Assembly (NCBI GenBank): GCA_963761305.1
Contig: CAVXGK010000002.1
Location: 2,208,001 to 2,272,000, forward strand
DNA from: an uncultured Gemmatimonadaceae bacterium
GTDB taxonomy: Bacteria; Gemmatimonadota; Gemmatimonadetes; Gemmatimonadales; Gemmatimonadaceae
Length of the DNA: 64,000 nucleotides
Direction: 5' to 3'
A program made the translations under genes and the position numbers. The notes under the pieces were generated by a model. It was not told the DNA's origin, ran no database searches, and worked only from the letters and a program-made list of their open reading frames with translations. Shown piece by piece: positions 21,074 through 30,065 of the stretch (positions are counted from its first letter, which is position 1; every line of letters begins with the position of its first letter).

Positions 21074-23170
21074 CTACGCTTTCACTTTCGCGACGATTTC
21101 TTCGGCCTTGCTCTTCGGCACCTCATCATAGTGCGCGAATTCCATCGAGTACACTGCGCGGCCCTGCGACATCGAGCGCAACCGTGTGGAGTACCCGAAC
21201 ATCTCCTCGAGAGGCACCGTCGCGGCGATCACCTGCGCTTCGCCCCGCTGTGTCATCCCGCCGATCTTGCCGCGACGCGCCGAGAGATCGCCCAGCACGT
21301 CGCCCATGAACGCATCGGGCGTCACCACTTCGACGTTCATCAGCGGCTCCAGCAGCACCGGATGGGCGCGCTTCGCCGCCTCCTTGTACGCCATCGAGCC
21401 CGCGATCTTGAACGCCATTTCGCTCGAATCGACGTCGTGGTACGACCCGTACACGAGCTCGACCTTCACGTCGACCATCGGATAGCCCGCCAACACGCCG
21501 TTCTCGAGCGCTTCCTTGATGCCCTGCTCGACCGGCGCGATGTATTCGCGCGGGATCACGCCGCCGACGATCTTGTCCTCGAAGAGGAAGCCGGCGCCAG
21601 GCTCCGACGGCTCCATGTTGATGACGACATGGCCGTACTGGCCCTTGCCGCCCGACTGCCGGATGAACTTCCCTTCGACCTTCTCGACGCGCTTCCGGAT
21701 CGTCTCGCGGAACGCGACCTGCGGGCGACCGATGTTCGCGTCGACCTTGAACTCGCGCTGCATGCGGTCGACGATGATCTCCAGGTGCAACTCGCCCATC
21801 CCCGAGATGATCGTCTGAGCCGTCTCCTCGTCCGTGTGAACGCGGAACGTCGGGTCTTCTTCCGACAACTTCGCCAGCGCGATGCCGAGCTTGTCCTGAT
21901 CCGCCTTCGTCTTCGGCTCGATGGCGACGTCGATGACGGGATTCGGGAACTTCATCGCCTCGAGGATGATCGGATGATCATCGTCGCACAGCGTGTCGCC
22001 CGTGCGCGTGTCGCGGAGGCCGATCGCGGCGGCGATGTCGCCGGCGCGCACTTCCTCGATCTCCTCGCGCTTGTTGGCGTGCATCTGCAAGAGACGACCG
22101 ACGCGCTCGCGCTTGTCCTTCGTCGAGTTGTAGACGTACGAGCCCGACTCCAACACGCCGGAGTAGACGCGGAAGAACGTCAGTTTTCCGACGAACGGAT
22201 CGGTGGCGATCTTGAACGCCAGCGCCGCGAACGGCGTCTCGTCCGAGACCGGACGCTCGGCGCGATGCTCGTCGTGGTGCGGGAGATGGCCTTCGATCGC
22301 CTTCACGTCCACCGGCGCGGGGAGATAGTCAATCACCGCGTCGAGCAGCGCCTGGACGCCCTTGTTCTTGAACGAGGCGCCGCAGAGCACGGGAACCATC
22401 TTGCCGGCGACCGTCGCCTTGCGAATCGCGCTGCGGATCTCCTCGCAGCTCAGCTCTTCGCCGTTCAAGTACTTCTCCATCACGCTGTCGTCGTTGGCGA
22501 CGGCGTGGTCGATCAGATCGTGACGCGCGCGTTCGACGCGCTCGCGATACTCGGCCGGCACCTCGACGACGTCGAACTTTTTGCCAAGCGACTCGTCGTC
22601 GAAGATGTACTGTTTGCGTTCGATGACGTCGATGTGGCCCGTGAACAGCTCACCGGATCCGACCGGGAGCTGCAACGGAAACGCGTCCTTCGAAAGCCGG
22701 TCGCGGATCATCGTCATGCACCGATCGAAGTCGGCGCCGACGCGGTCCATCTTGTTGGCGAAGATCAGGCGCGGTACGCCGTAGCGGTCGGCCTGTCGCC
22801 ACACGGTCTCCGTCTGCGGCTCGACGCCGGCGACGGAATCGAGCAGCGTCACGGCGCCGTCGAGCACGCGGAGCGAACGCTCGACCTCGACGGTGAAGTC
22901 GACGTGGCCGGGCGTGTCGATGATGTTGATGCGGTACTCGATACCGTTGCGCGTCCAGAACGCGGTCGTCGCGGCAGACGTGATCGTGATGCCGCGCTCC
23001 TGCTCCTGCTCCATCCAATCCATCGTCGCGGTGCCTTCATGCACCTCGCCGATCTTGTGCGCCTTTCCGGTATAGTAGAGGATGCGCTCGGTCGTAGTCG
23101 TCTTACCGGCATCAATGTGGGCCATGATGCCGATATTCCGATAATGTTCGAGCGGTGTTTCGCGGGCCAT
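21074..23170 (-). CDS. fusA: Elongation factor G
   Basis: [33 protein letters not shown]. Confidence 0.99.
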   Translation of the reverse strand: MARETPLEHYRNIGIMAHIDAGKTTTTERILYYTGKAHKIGEVHEGTATMDWMEQEQERGITITSAATTAFWTRNGIEYRINIIDTPGHVDFTVEVERSLRVLDGAVTLLDSVAGVEPQTETVWRQADRYGVPRLIFANKMDRVGADFDRCMTMIRDRLSKDAFPLQLPVGSGELFTGHIDVIERKQYIFDDESLGKKFDVVEVPAEYRERVERARHDLIDHAVANDDSVMEKYLNGEELSCEEIRSAIRKATVAGKMVPVLCGASFKNKGVQALLDAVIDYLPAPVDVKAIEGHLPHHDEHRAERPVSDETPFAALAFKIATDPFVGKLTFFRVYSGVLESGSYVYNSTKDKRERVGRLLQMHANKREEIEEVRAGDIAAAIGLRDTRTGDTLCDDDHPIILEAMKFPNPVIDVAIEPKTKADQDKLGIALAKLSEEDPTFRVHTDEETAQTIISGMGELHLEIIVDRMQREFKVDANIGRPQVAFRETIRKRVEKVEGKFIRQSGGKGQYGHVVINMEPSEPGAGFLFEDKIVGGVIPREYIAPVEQGIKEALENGVLAGYPMVDVKVELVYGSYHDVDSSEMAFKIAGSMAYKEAAKRAHPVLLEPLMNVEVVTPDAFMGDVLGDLSARRGKIGGMTQRGEAQVIAATVPLEEMFGYSTRLRSMSQGRAVYSMEFAHYDEVPKSKAEEIVAKVKA

Positions 23171-23556
23171 ATGAAGTCAGTTCAGCGAATTCGAAGTCGA
23201 GTCAGTTGGTACTGCGGAAAACGGTCGTGCGATATCCACCAGCAAAAACGCGGGTGGACCGGTCCCCTCGAGAGGGCGGTATCCATCCGCAGTCGCCGGG
23301 TACACTCGCCGCTGCTGCGCGAGTGGGGACCCAAGGCGCGCCCGTCCCGACTATCCGCCGCGACGCCGTCAGACCCAGCGGGTCGCAAACTCGGGATGAA
23401 CGTCAGATTTTCCTGCGTCGCTTTTCGGGAGCCGGCGCACTCACTCGAGTACGTCGACCGGAGCAGACCCCTGCGTCATGCAGGCCCATAAGAGTCGGCG
23501 CGCAGCTCGCCGATGCAACTCGCGGGGTTGGGGCCTAAGCGCCCAAGACCCGGAGC
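23171..23556 (-). promoter_or_regulatory. Long structured 5' leader of the fusA-tuf-S10-spc transcript (candidate cis-regulatory RNA)
   Basis: Consecutive stem-loops; the last is GCGGATGGATACCGCCCT-CTCG-AGGGGACCGGTCCACCCGC followed by GTTTTTG (about 23244-23290). Confidence 0.55.
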
Positions 23557-23562
23557 CCTTTT

Positions 23563-23590
23563 AAGTTATCGAGGGTTCGTCGCGTGTCAA
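23563..23590 (-). promoter_or_regulatory. Sigma70-type promoter for fusA
   Basis: TTGACA (23590-23585), 16-nt spacer, TAACTT (23568-23563). Confidence 0.7.
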
Positions 23591-23874
23591 CGGAGTGAGT
23601 GGGCTCGCGTTGAGAAGCCCCGCGGGCGATCGCGCCGCCCGAGCCAGCGGCGACCACGATCCACCAGGCGTTTTCCAGGGTTCTCGGGGCCAACTCGACG
23701 GCAGTCGAGCCCGGCAAAAGATAGTCCGTTTGCCCCCCGCCTAGGCCTTTGGACCAACTTGCGCGCCCGCGTCTTGCACTTTTGGTCGCCGCACTGGCTC
23801 TCTCGAGCCTCGTGGCGCGGCGCTCCATGGTCGCGACGCGACCTCATGAACAACTGAACATTCGGAGCAACCCG

Positions 23875-24291
23875 ATGCGAATACATACATTGGTCATAGC
23901 AGGCGCGATCGCTGCCATCGCAGTCACAGCGGGCTCGGCGCGCGCCCAGGAGCCGGACCACCCAAGCACCCCCAAGAAAGTGGGCGCGGCGGTGCACCAC
24001 ACGCTCAAGAAGACGGGCAATGCGACCAAACGGGACGTGAAAAAAGTCGGTAGCGCGACGCACCAGGTCCTGAAAAAGAGCGGCAACAAGGTGAAGACTG
24101 TGGGTGGGGAGGTAACTGGCATCCACAAGGTCGGTGGAACCGTCGGCAATGCGGCGCAGTCAGTCAGCCGAACGGGCAAGTCGGTCGGCCGGACGGCCAA
24201 GCACGACTTGAAGTCGACCAAGGCCGGCGTCCACCACGGCCTGCAGACGGCTGGTGATTCGACCAAGGCGGCCATCAAGAAGCCGGAGTAA
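23875..24291 (+). CDS. Secreted Lys/His-rich protein with 11-residue repeats (paralog A)
   Basis: GGAG upstream of ATG 23875; signal peptide MRIHTLVIAGAIAAIAVTAGSARA; repeats KKVGAAVHHTL/KKTGNATKRDV/KKVGSATHQVL/KKSGNKVKTVG. Confidence 0.8.
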   Translation: MRIHTLVIAGAIAAIAVTAGSARAQEPDHPSTPKKVGAAVHHTLKKTGNATKRDVKKVGSATHQVLKKSGNKVKTVGGEVTGIHKVGGTVGNAAQSVSRTGKSVGRTAKHDLKSTKAGVHHGLQTAGDSTKAAIKKPE

Positions 24292-24314
24292 CGAAGCAAT
24301 CCGCTCGGTGAACC

Positions 24315-24344
24315 GAACCCTCCGCAGAGCATCGCGGAGGGTTC
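24315..24344 (+). terminator. Hairpin downstream of paralog A
   Basis: gaaccctccgc-agagcatc-gcggagggttc; U-tract weak. Confidence 0.55.
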
Positions 24345-24366
24345 CGTCGTATGGCGGAGTATTTGG

Positions 24367-24599
24367 TGGACCGGTGGACCGGTGGACCGGTGGACCGGTG
24401 AACCTGTGGACGGAAGAGACCGAGCTCGGCGCGGGCTTCCGACATCAATCCGTTGCGCTCAACTTGGACGCCCAAGCGTCCGCCGACCTGAACGGCCTGT
24501 CCACCTGTCCACCTGTCCACCTGTCCACCTGTCCACCTGTCCACCTGTCCACCTGTCCACCTGTCCACCTGTCCACCTGTCCACCTGTCCGCCCGTCCA
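24367..24599. repeat. Inverted pair of tandem octamer arrays bracketing ~80 bp
   Basis: Left (TGGACCGG)x4 plus 2 variants at 24367-24414; right (CCTGTCCA)x11 plus 2 variants at 24496-24599. Confidence 0.93.
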
Positions 24600-24602
24600 C
24601 CC

Positions 24603-25328
24603 GTGAAAGGCCAGATCATCGCCATGGGCGGAGGCGGATTCTCCATGGAACCGGAGAATCCCCTCCTCGACGACTACGTTCTGGCGCAATCGCGCCGAGC
24701 GAAACCGCGCATCTGTTTCCTGAGTTGCGCGAGCGGCGACGCCGCGGGCTACATCGAGAGGTTCTATACCGCCTTTCGCCGGCGACGCTGCGAGCCGACA
24801 CACATCCCGATGTTTCAGACGCCGCCTCCGGACATCGCCGGCATCGTTCCGCGACAAGACATCTTCTATGTCGGCGGCGGCAACACGCGAAATCTTCTCC
24901 TCGTCTGGCGCGAATGGGGATTGGATCGCCTGCTCGCCCGCGAGTGGCGGCGCGGCAAAGTGTTCGCGGGATTGAGCGCCGGATCGCTCTGCTGGTTCGA
25001 GTCCGGCGTCAGCGACTCGTTCGGTCCGCGACTCGCGCCCGTCTTCGCGCTCGGCTGGCTCGCCGGTAGTCACTGCCCGCACTACGACGGCGAAGCGGAG
25101 CGCCGTCCGTCGTACCACAAGTTCGTGCGCCGAGGAACGCTGCCCGCCGGCTACGCCGCGGACGACGGCGCCGCGTTGCACTTCGTCGGCCGGCGCTTGC
25201 ACCGGGTCGTGAGCTCACGCCCGAACGCGAAGGCATATCGCGTCGCGAAATCCGGGCGCACCGTCGTCGAAGAGCCGCTCGAAACCGAGTTTCTCGGCGC
25301 GCGGCGACGGCGGCGGCGAAGTGGCTGA
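24603..25328 (+). CDS. Peptidase E family (S51, class I glutamine-amidotransferase-like)
   Basis: IIAMGGGG, YVGGGNTRNLL, GLSAG nucleophile, CPHYD. Confidence 0.9.
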   Translation: MKGQIIAMGGGGFSMEPENPLLDDYVLAQSRRAKPRICFLSCASGDAAGYIERFYTAFRRRRCEPTHIPMFQTPPPDIAGIVPRQDIFYVGGGNTRNLLLVWREWGLDRLLAREWRRGKVFAGLSAGSLCWFESGVSDSFGPRLAPVFALGWLAGSHCPHYDGEAERRPSYHKFVRRGTLPAGYAADDGAALHFVGRRLHRVVSSRPNAKAYRVAKSGRTVVEEPLETEFLGARRRRRRSG

Positions 25329-25395
25329 ACGCAAGGTTGCCTCAGTCTGCCGGATCTTGGCGTTACCTGCGGCCCCGTCCGTCCATCTGACAAGT

Positions 25396-25557
25396 ATGAC
25401 AAAGCTGATCATCTTCGTCGGCGCGACCGTGGGCAGCGGGATCGGCTGGTGGCTCGGCGACTTCGTGGGAATGTTCACGGCGTTCACGCTGAGCATGGTC
25501 GGCACCGGCATCGGGATGTACGCCGGCCACCGCATCGCCGTCGAAAAGTTCCAGTAG
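25396..25557 (+). CDS. Small two-helix Gly-rich membrane protein
   Basis: MTKLIIFVGATVGSGIGWWLGDFVGMFTAFTLSMVGTGIGMYAGHRIAVEKFQ; GxxxG motifs. Confidence 0.7.
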   Translation: MTKLIIFVGATVGSGIGWWLGDFVGMFTAFTLSMVGTGIGMYAGHRIAVEKFQ

Positions 25558-25821
25558 GATCGGGCTCGATCAAGCGCGATCGGCGAGCGCTTCGCATTGG
25601 CCCGCGGTCCAACGCCCGCGATTCGCGGGGTCTTTGTGCGTCCAGGCCGTCCTCACGATCGCCTAAGGAAACGCGCAATCGTCGCTCGCACAGCCGCTTG
25701 CGACACTGTGGCCGGCGCGCGGTTTGGACTGTGCCCGCGTCTTGCACTTTGAGCAGGTGCAAGGCTCGCGGCGCGGACAAAGCCGCGACGCGAAGGAACC
25801 GGAAGAAACGCAGGAGTTACC

Positions 25822-26184
25822 ATGCGTATTCATACCCTACTCATAGCGGGCGCGCTCGCTGGTCTGATGGCAACGGCCGGCTCGGCGCGCGCCCTGGAAG
25901 CGGGCGCACCGGTGCACACGATGAAGCTGGCCAGCGTTGGCCACAAGCACATCAGGAAGCACCGCACCTCTGAAAAGCACCTCGCCATCACGAAGGACGG
26001 CGCCCGGACGCGAAGCGCCCCGGGCACGGTGAGCCGGTCGCTGATGGGTAAGTCCAGCCGATCGGTGAAATCGAACGGCCTCGCCGTTCGCCGCTCATCG
26101 AAGCACCATCTGAAATCGAGCAACGCCAGCATGAAGCACCACAAGAAGGTGCACAACGCGAAATCAGCGAAGAAGTACCAGTAA
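25822..26184 (+). CDS. Secreted Lys/His/Ser-rich protein (paralog B of 23875..24291)
   Basis: AGGAG RBS; signal peptide MRIHTLLIAGALAGLMATAGSARA; C-terminal similarity to paralog A. Confidence 0.75.
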   Translation: MRIHTLLIAGALAGLMATAGSARALEAGAPVHTMKLASVGHKHIRKHRTSEKHLAITKDGARTRSAPGTVSRSLMGKSSRSVKSNGLAVRRSSKHHLKSSNASMKHHKKVHNAKSAKKYQ

Positions 26185-26237
26185 CTTCGCCGACTCAGCG
26201 GATCGAATAGGCAACTAGCACCTGAAGGATCCGAAAC

Positions 26238-26275
26238 ACGACGCCCTCCGCCAGCACATCGGCGGAGGGCGTCGT
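26238..26275. terminator. Hairpin between convergent paralog B and rpsG, likely bidirectional terminator
   Basis: acgacgccctccgcc-agcacatc-ggcggagggcgtcgt; perfect 15-bp stem. Confidence 0.7.
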
Positions 26276-26298
26276 CGTTGTGAGGTCTATAAAGAACG

Positions 26299-26769
26299 CT
26301 ACCAGCGATAGTGCGCGAACGCCTTGTTCGCGTCGGCCATGCGGTGCGTGTCTTCCTTCTTCTTGATCGCGTTGCCTTCGCCCTTGGACGCGGCGATGAT
26401 CTCGGCGGCGAGCTTCTCCGACATCGACTTCTCGTTGCGCTCGCGCGAATACGAGATCAGCCAGCGCATGGCGAGCGCGGTGCGGCGCTCGGGACGCACT
26501 TCGACCGGCACCTGGTACGTGGCGCCGCCGACGCGGCGGCTCTTCACCTCGACGACCGGCTTGATGTTCGACAGCGCCTGCTTGAAGACGTTGACGCCCG
26601 GCTGGCTCGTCCGCGATTCCACGAGGTCCATCGCGCCGTAGAAAATGCGCTCGGCCGTGGACTTCTTGCCCTGCAGCATCATCGCGTTGATGAACTTCGA
26701 AACCGTCTGGCTGTCGTAGCGAGCGTCCGCGAGGATAGGACGCTTCACCGATCCTTTGCGGCGGCTCAC
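26299..26769 (-). CDS. rpsG: 30S ribosomal protein S7
   Basis: [30 protein letters not shown]. Confidence 0.99.
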   Translation of the reverse strand: MSRRKGSVKRPILADARYDSQTVSKFINAMMLQGKKSTAERIFYGAMDLVESRTSQPGVNVFKQALSNIKPVVEVKSRRVGGATYQVPVEVRPERRTALAMRWLISYSRERNEKSMSEKLAAEIIAASKGEGNAIKKKEDTHRMADANKAFAHYRW

Positions 26770-27152
26770 TTCTTACCTCCGGCCTTCGGCTTCTTCGTGC
26801 CGTACTTCGAGCGGCTCTGATTGCGGCCGTTCACACCCGACGCGTCGAGCGAACCGCGCACGATGTGATAGCGCACGCCCGGGAGATCCTTCACACGACC
26901 GCCGCGCACGAGCACGATCGAGTGCTCCTGCAGGTTGTGGCCTTCACCGGGGATGTAGGCGATGATTTCGAAGCCGTTCGTCAGGCGAACCTTGGCGACC
27001 TTTCGGAGCGCGGAGTTCGGCTTCTTGGGCGTCGTCGTGTACACGCGCGTGCACACGCCACGACGAAACGGATTGGACTTGAGCGCGGGCGACTTCTCTT
27101 TCTTCGCGACGTCGCTGCGGCTGCGGCGTACGAGCTGGTTGATCGTCGGCAT
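26766..27152 (-). CDS. rpsL: 30S ribosomal protein S12
   Basis: [27 protein letters not shown]. Confidence 0.99.
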   Translation of the reverse strand: MPTINQLVRRSRSDVAKKEKSPALKSNPFRRGVCTRVYTTTPKKPNSALRKVAKVRLTNGFEIIAYIPGEGHNLQEHSIVLVRGGRVKDLPGVRYHIVRGSLDASGVNGRNQSRSKYGTKKPKAGGKK

Positions 27153-27230
27153 GAATTCCCTAATTCGAAACGGGATAACCCCGTGGCTGCGCTTCCCGCC
27201 GAGCCAGGAGTGGACCGGGGGAGACTGGTA

Positions 27231-27259
27231 AACGTAGGTTGGACGTGAGCCGATGTCCA
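27231..27259 (-). promoter_or_regulatory. Sigma70-type promoter for rpsLG
   Basis: TGGACA-N17-TACGTT. Confidence 0.55.
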
Positions 27260-27296
27260 GTCGTAATCCGTTGTTCCAGCGACGGATACGGTCGGC

Positions 27297-30035
27297 TCAG
27301 TCTGCCCTCAGCGCCGACATCGGGTCGGCCCTCGCCGCACGCCACGCCGGGATCGCACTCGAACCGATCGCCAGAATCCCAAGCACCGCCGCGCCGAGCC
27401 CCAACACGACAGGATCGCGCGGCGACGTCGCGTAGAGCAACGCCGCCACCACCCGGCCTCCGACCAGCGAGAGCGCGAGACCGCAGACGATCCCGGCGAT
27501 GACCAAGCGCGCCGCATCGCCCACGATCAGGCCGACGATGTTCGCGCCCGACGCACCGAGTGCGGCGCGAATCCCGAGCTCGCCGATGCGCTCGCTGACC
27601 GAATACGCCATCGCGCTGTACACGCCGATCGCCGCGACCAGCAGCGCCAGCGCGCCGAAGACACCGAACAGCGTCGCGCCCAGGCGCCACGGACGCAGCT
27701 CCGGCTCGACCAACGACGAGACCGTCTTTACGTACGGCGGCTCCGCGGTCGGAAAGATCGTGCGAAGCACCGCGCGCAGCGTCGTCGTGACGCGCGCGAG
27801 TTGACCCGGGGCGGCGCGCACGAGGAGATACGCCGGCCGCCCGAAGAACCCCGTCTGCTGCGCGACCGCCACGAACGTCTCAGCGCGCGGGCCCTCGACC
27901 AACTGCGCGAGATGAGAGTCCTTGGTCACACCGATGACGCGCATGCACGGTGCTGTCGCCTTGACGAGATGCAAACACTGCCCGAGCGCGTCGCGCCCGG
28001 GCCAGTAGGCTCTCGCGGCGGTCTCGTTCACGACGGCGACCGGCGCGGCGCTCGCGTCGTCCGCGTCGCCGTACAATCGGCCGCGGCGGACCTCGAGGCC
28101 GCTCGTCGCGAAGAACGACGGCGTCGTCGCCCGCACCGTTGCGTCGCGATTACTGACGTCCGGGACCGCACCCGAATCGGTGAACAGGCTCACCATCGCG
28201 TATCCGCCGAGCGGCGGATGCGTCGTGAGCGCGGCGCCTTCCACGCCCGGCGCGTGCGCCATCTCGGCGAGCGCCGCGCGCAGTCCGGCGGCGGTCTCGG
28301 CGCGATGCGTCTCGCCGAAGTAGTCGATCGTGTTGGTGCTGTCGTTCACGAAGAACACGGCACCGAAGGCGAGCCGGTCCACGTCGTACCCGACATCGAT
28401 GCCTTTCACGTCCTCGAGACTCTTCGCGAACAGTCCGGCGCCGACGATCAGCACGAGCGACAACGCCGTCTGCGCGATGACGAATACCGGACGAAGACGC
28501 GAAGCCGCCGCCGCCCGATCGCGCACGCCGGTCTTGAGCGCGCTCGCGAGGTCCGACCGGCGCGCGTGGAGCGCGGGCGCGAGGCCGGTGAGGATTCCGG
28601 TCACGATAGAGATCGCGAACGTGGCGACGGCCGTCCGCCAATCCAGCGCCGCGCCGCCGAGCTGTTTGTCGGGAAGTATGAGTCGCGCCAGAGCCGGCCC
28701 GCACCAGAGCGCGAACGCGGCGGCGATCGCGCCGGCGACGAGCGAGAGCGTCACGCTTTCCACCAGCAACTGCATGAGCAATCGCCCGCGCGACACACCC
28801 AGCACCAGACGAACCGCTACCTCGCGCCGGCGCGACACGGCGCGCGCGAGCAGCAGGTTCGCAACGTTGGCGCACGCCACGAGCAGTAGCACGAGCGCCA
28901 CGCCGAGCAGTCGCGACACGATCGCGACCTCGGTCCTGGGCTGAATGCTCGGGCCGAGCGATTCGAGAATCGGCCCGAGGATGACGGTCGCTGTATCGGC
29001 GCCCCGCGCCACGTGCTCGAGCTCACCGTGTCGAAACGCCGCTGTCGCCGCCGCGGCAAGGGGCCCGTCCGCGGCTCCCGCTGCGACGCGTGCCACGACC
29101 CGGACTCGCGGCGAGCGCCGCCACCCCGTGTACCACGGATTCTCCGGAGACGTCTCGGCCACGTTGGAGATCGGAAGCCAGACGTCGGTCGCGTCGAGAT
29201 CTGTGCCGCGGAATCCGCGAGCGGCGACGCCGATGACCGTGTACCGCTGCCGGTCGAACCACGCCTGGCGTCCGATGATGTCGTCGTCGCCGGCGAAGTG
29301 GTCGCGCCAATACGCGTCGCTGATCACGGCGACGAAGACCGGGCTGCCGAACTTCACCTCGTTCGGCGCAAACGCCCGCCCGCGCTCGATGGCGACGCCG
29401 AGCAAGGGAAAGAACGAGGCGTCGACGTAGGAGCCGAGTACCACGGAGCGATCGTCGGCGCGGCCGACGACCACCGAATCCGGAGTGGTGTACGCCGTGA
29501 ATTTCGCGCGACCTTGCGCCGACGCAGCGACGGCACCGAACTGCGGGTACCCGATCGCCGAGTGGATCTCCAGCACCTGCCCGGCCGACCAGGTGGAGCG
29601 CGTGTAGACTCGGCGAAGCTCGTCAGGACGCGCGATGCCGGCGGGCGGCCGCACGAACAGGCGGTCGGCGAGCGACAATACGGCTACGTTCGCGCCGACG
29701 CCGAGCGCGAGCGTCACGACGATCGTCGCCGTCACGACCGGCGCGCGCCTGAATCCGCGGAGCGCGTAGCGAACGTCTCGCACAATCCGGTCGAACCACT
29801 CGGACGTGCCGCGTGAGCGCTGGACACGCTCGTCGATCTCGCGCAGCATCGCGGCGACCGTGCTCACGTCGCCGAGCTCGGCCATCGCTTGGCGCTTCGC
29901 CTCGTCGGGTGGAACTCCGGCCGCGGTCAGCTCCGCGACGCGTTCACCGAGATGAAACCGCAGTTCGTCGTCGATGTCGGCGCGGACGTCGGCGCGCCAG
30001 AACCGCAGGTATCGGCGCCAGGCGGGAGTCGGCAT
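27297..30035 (-). CDS. Duplicated MacB/FtsX-type ABC permease (ADOP-like) with N-terminal prefix domain
   Basis: DIDDELRFHL prefix; DVRYALR; ACANVANLLLAR; ELGIRAALGA; ARADPMSALRAD. Confidence 0.9.
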   Translation of the reverse strand: MPTPAWRRYLRFWRADVRADIDDELRFHLGERVAELTAAGVPPDEAKRQAMAELGDVSTVAAMLREIDERVQRSRGTSEWFDRIVRDVRYALRGFRRAPVVTATIVVTLALGVGANVAVLSLADRLFVRPPAGIARPDELRRVYTRSTWSAGQVLEIHSAIGYPQFGAVAASAQGRAKFTAYTTPDSVVVGRADDRSVVLGSYVDASFFPLLGVAIERGRAFAPNEVKFGSPVFVAVISDAYWRDHFAGDDDIIGRQAWFDRQRYTVIGVAARGFRGTDLDATDVWLPISNVAETSPENPWYTGWRRSPRVRVVARVAAGAADGPLAAAATAAFRHGELEHVARGADTATVILGPILESLGPSIQPRTEVAIVSRLLGVALVLLLVACANVANLLLARAVSRRREVAVRLVLGVSRGRLLMQLLVESVTLSLVAGAIAAAFALWCGPALARLILPDKQLGGAALDWRTAVATFAISIVTGILTGLAPALHARRSDLASALKTGVRDRAAAASRLRPVFVIAQTALSLVLIVGAGLFAKSLEDVKGIDVGYDVDRLAFGAVFFVNDSTNTIDYFGETHRAETAAGLRAALAEMAHAPGVEGAALTTHPPLGGYAMVSLFTDSGAVPDVSNRDATVRATTPSFFATSGLEVRRGRLYGDADDASAAPVAVVNETAARAYWPGRDALGQCLHLVKATAPCMRVIGVTKDSHLAQLVEGPRAETFVAVAQQTGFFGRPAYLLVRAAPGQLARVTTTLRAVLRTIFPTAEPPYVKTVSSLVEPELRPWRLGATLFGVFGALALLVAAIGVYSAMAYSVSERIGELGIRAALGASGANIVGLIVGDAARLVIAGIVCGLALSLVGGRVVAALLYATSPRDPVVLGLGAAVLGILAIGSSAIPAWRAARADPMSALRAD

Positions 30036-30065
30036 GCCTCAGTGTACGCCGGCGTCCTCATTCAA

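Noticed and set aside
24254..24646. ORFs with GGQVDRWT or PPVHLSTC peptide repeats
   Set aside because: These are translations of the octamer DNA array in several frames on both strands, with no RBS; the real gene starts at 24603.
23760..25750. Canonical sigma54 promoters upstream of the two basic proteins
   Set aside because: TTGCA is present but the invariant GG at -24 is not (CG and TG), so it is reported only as a shared motif.
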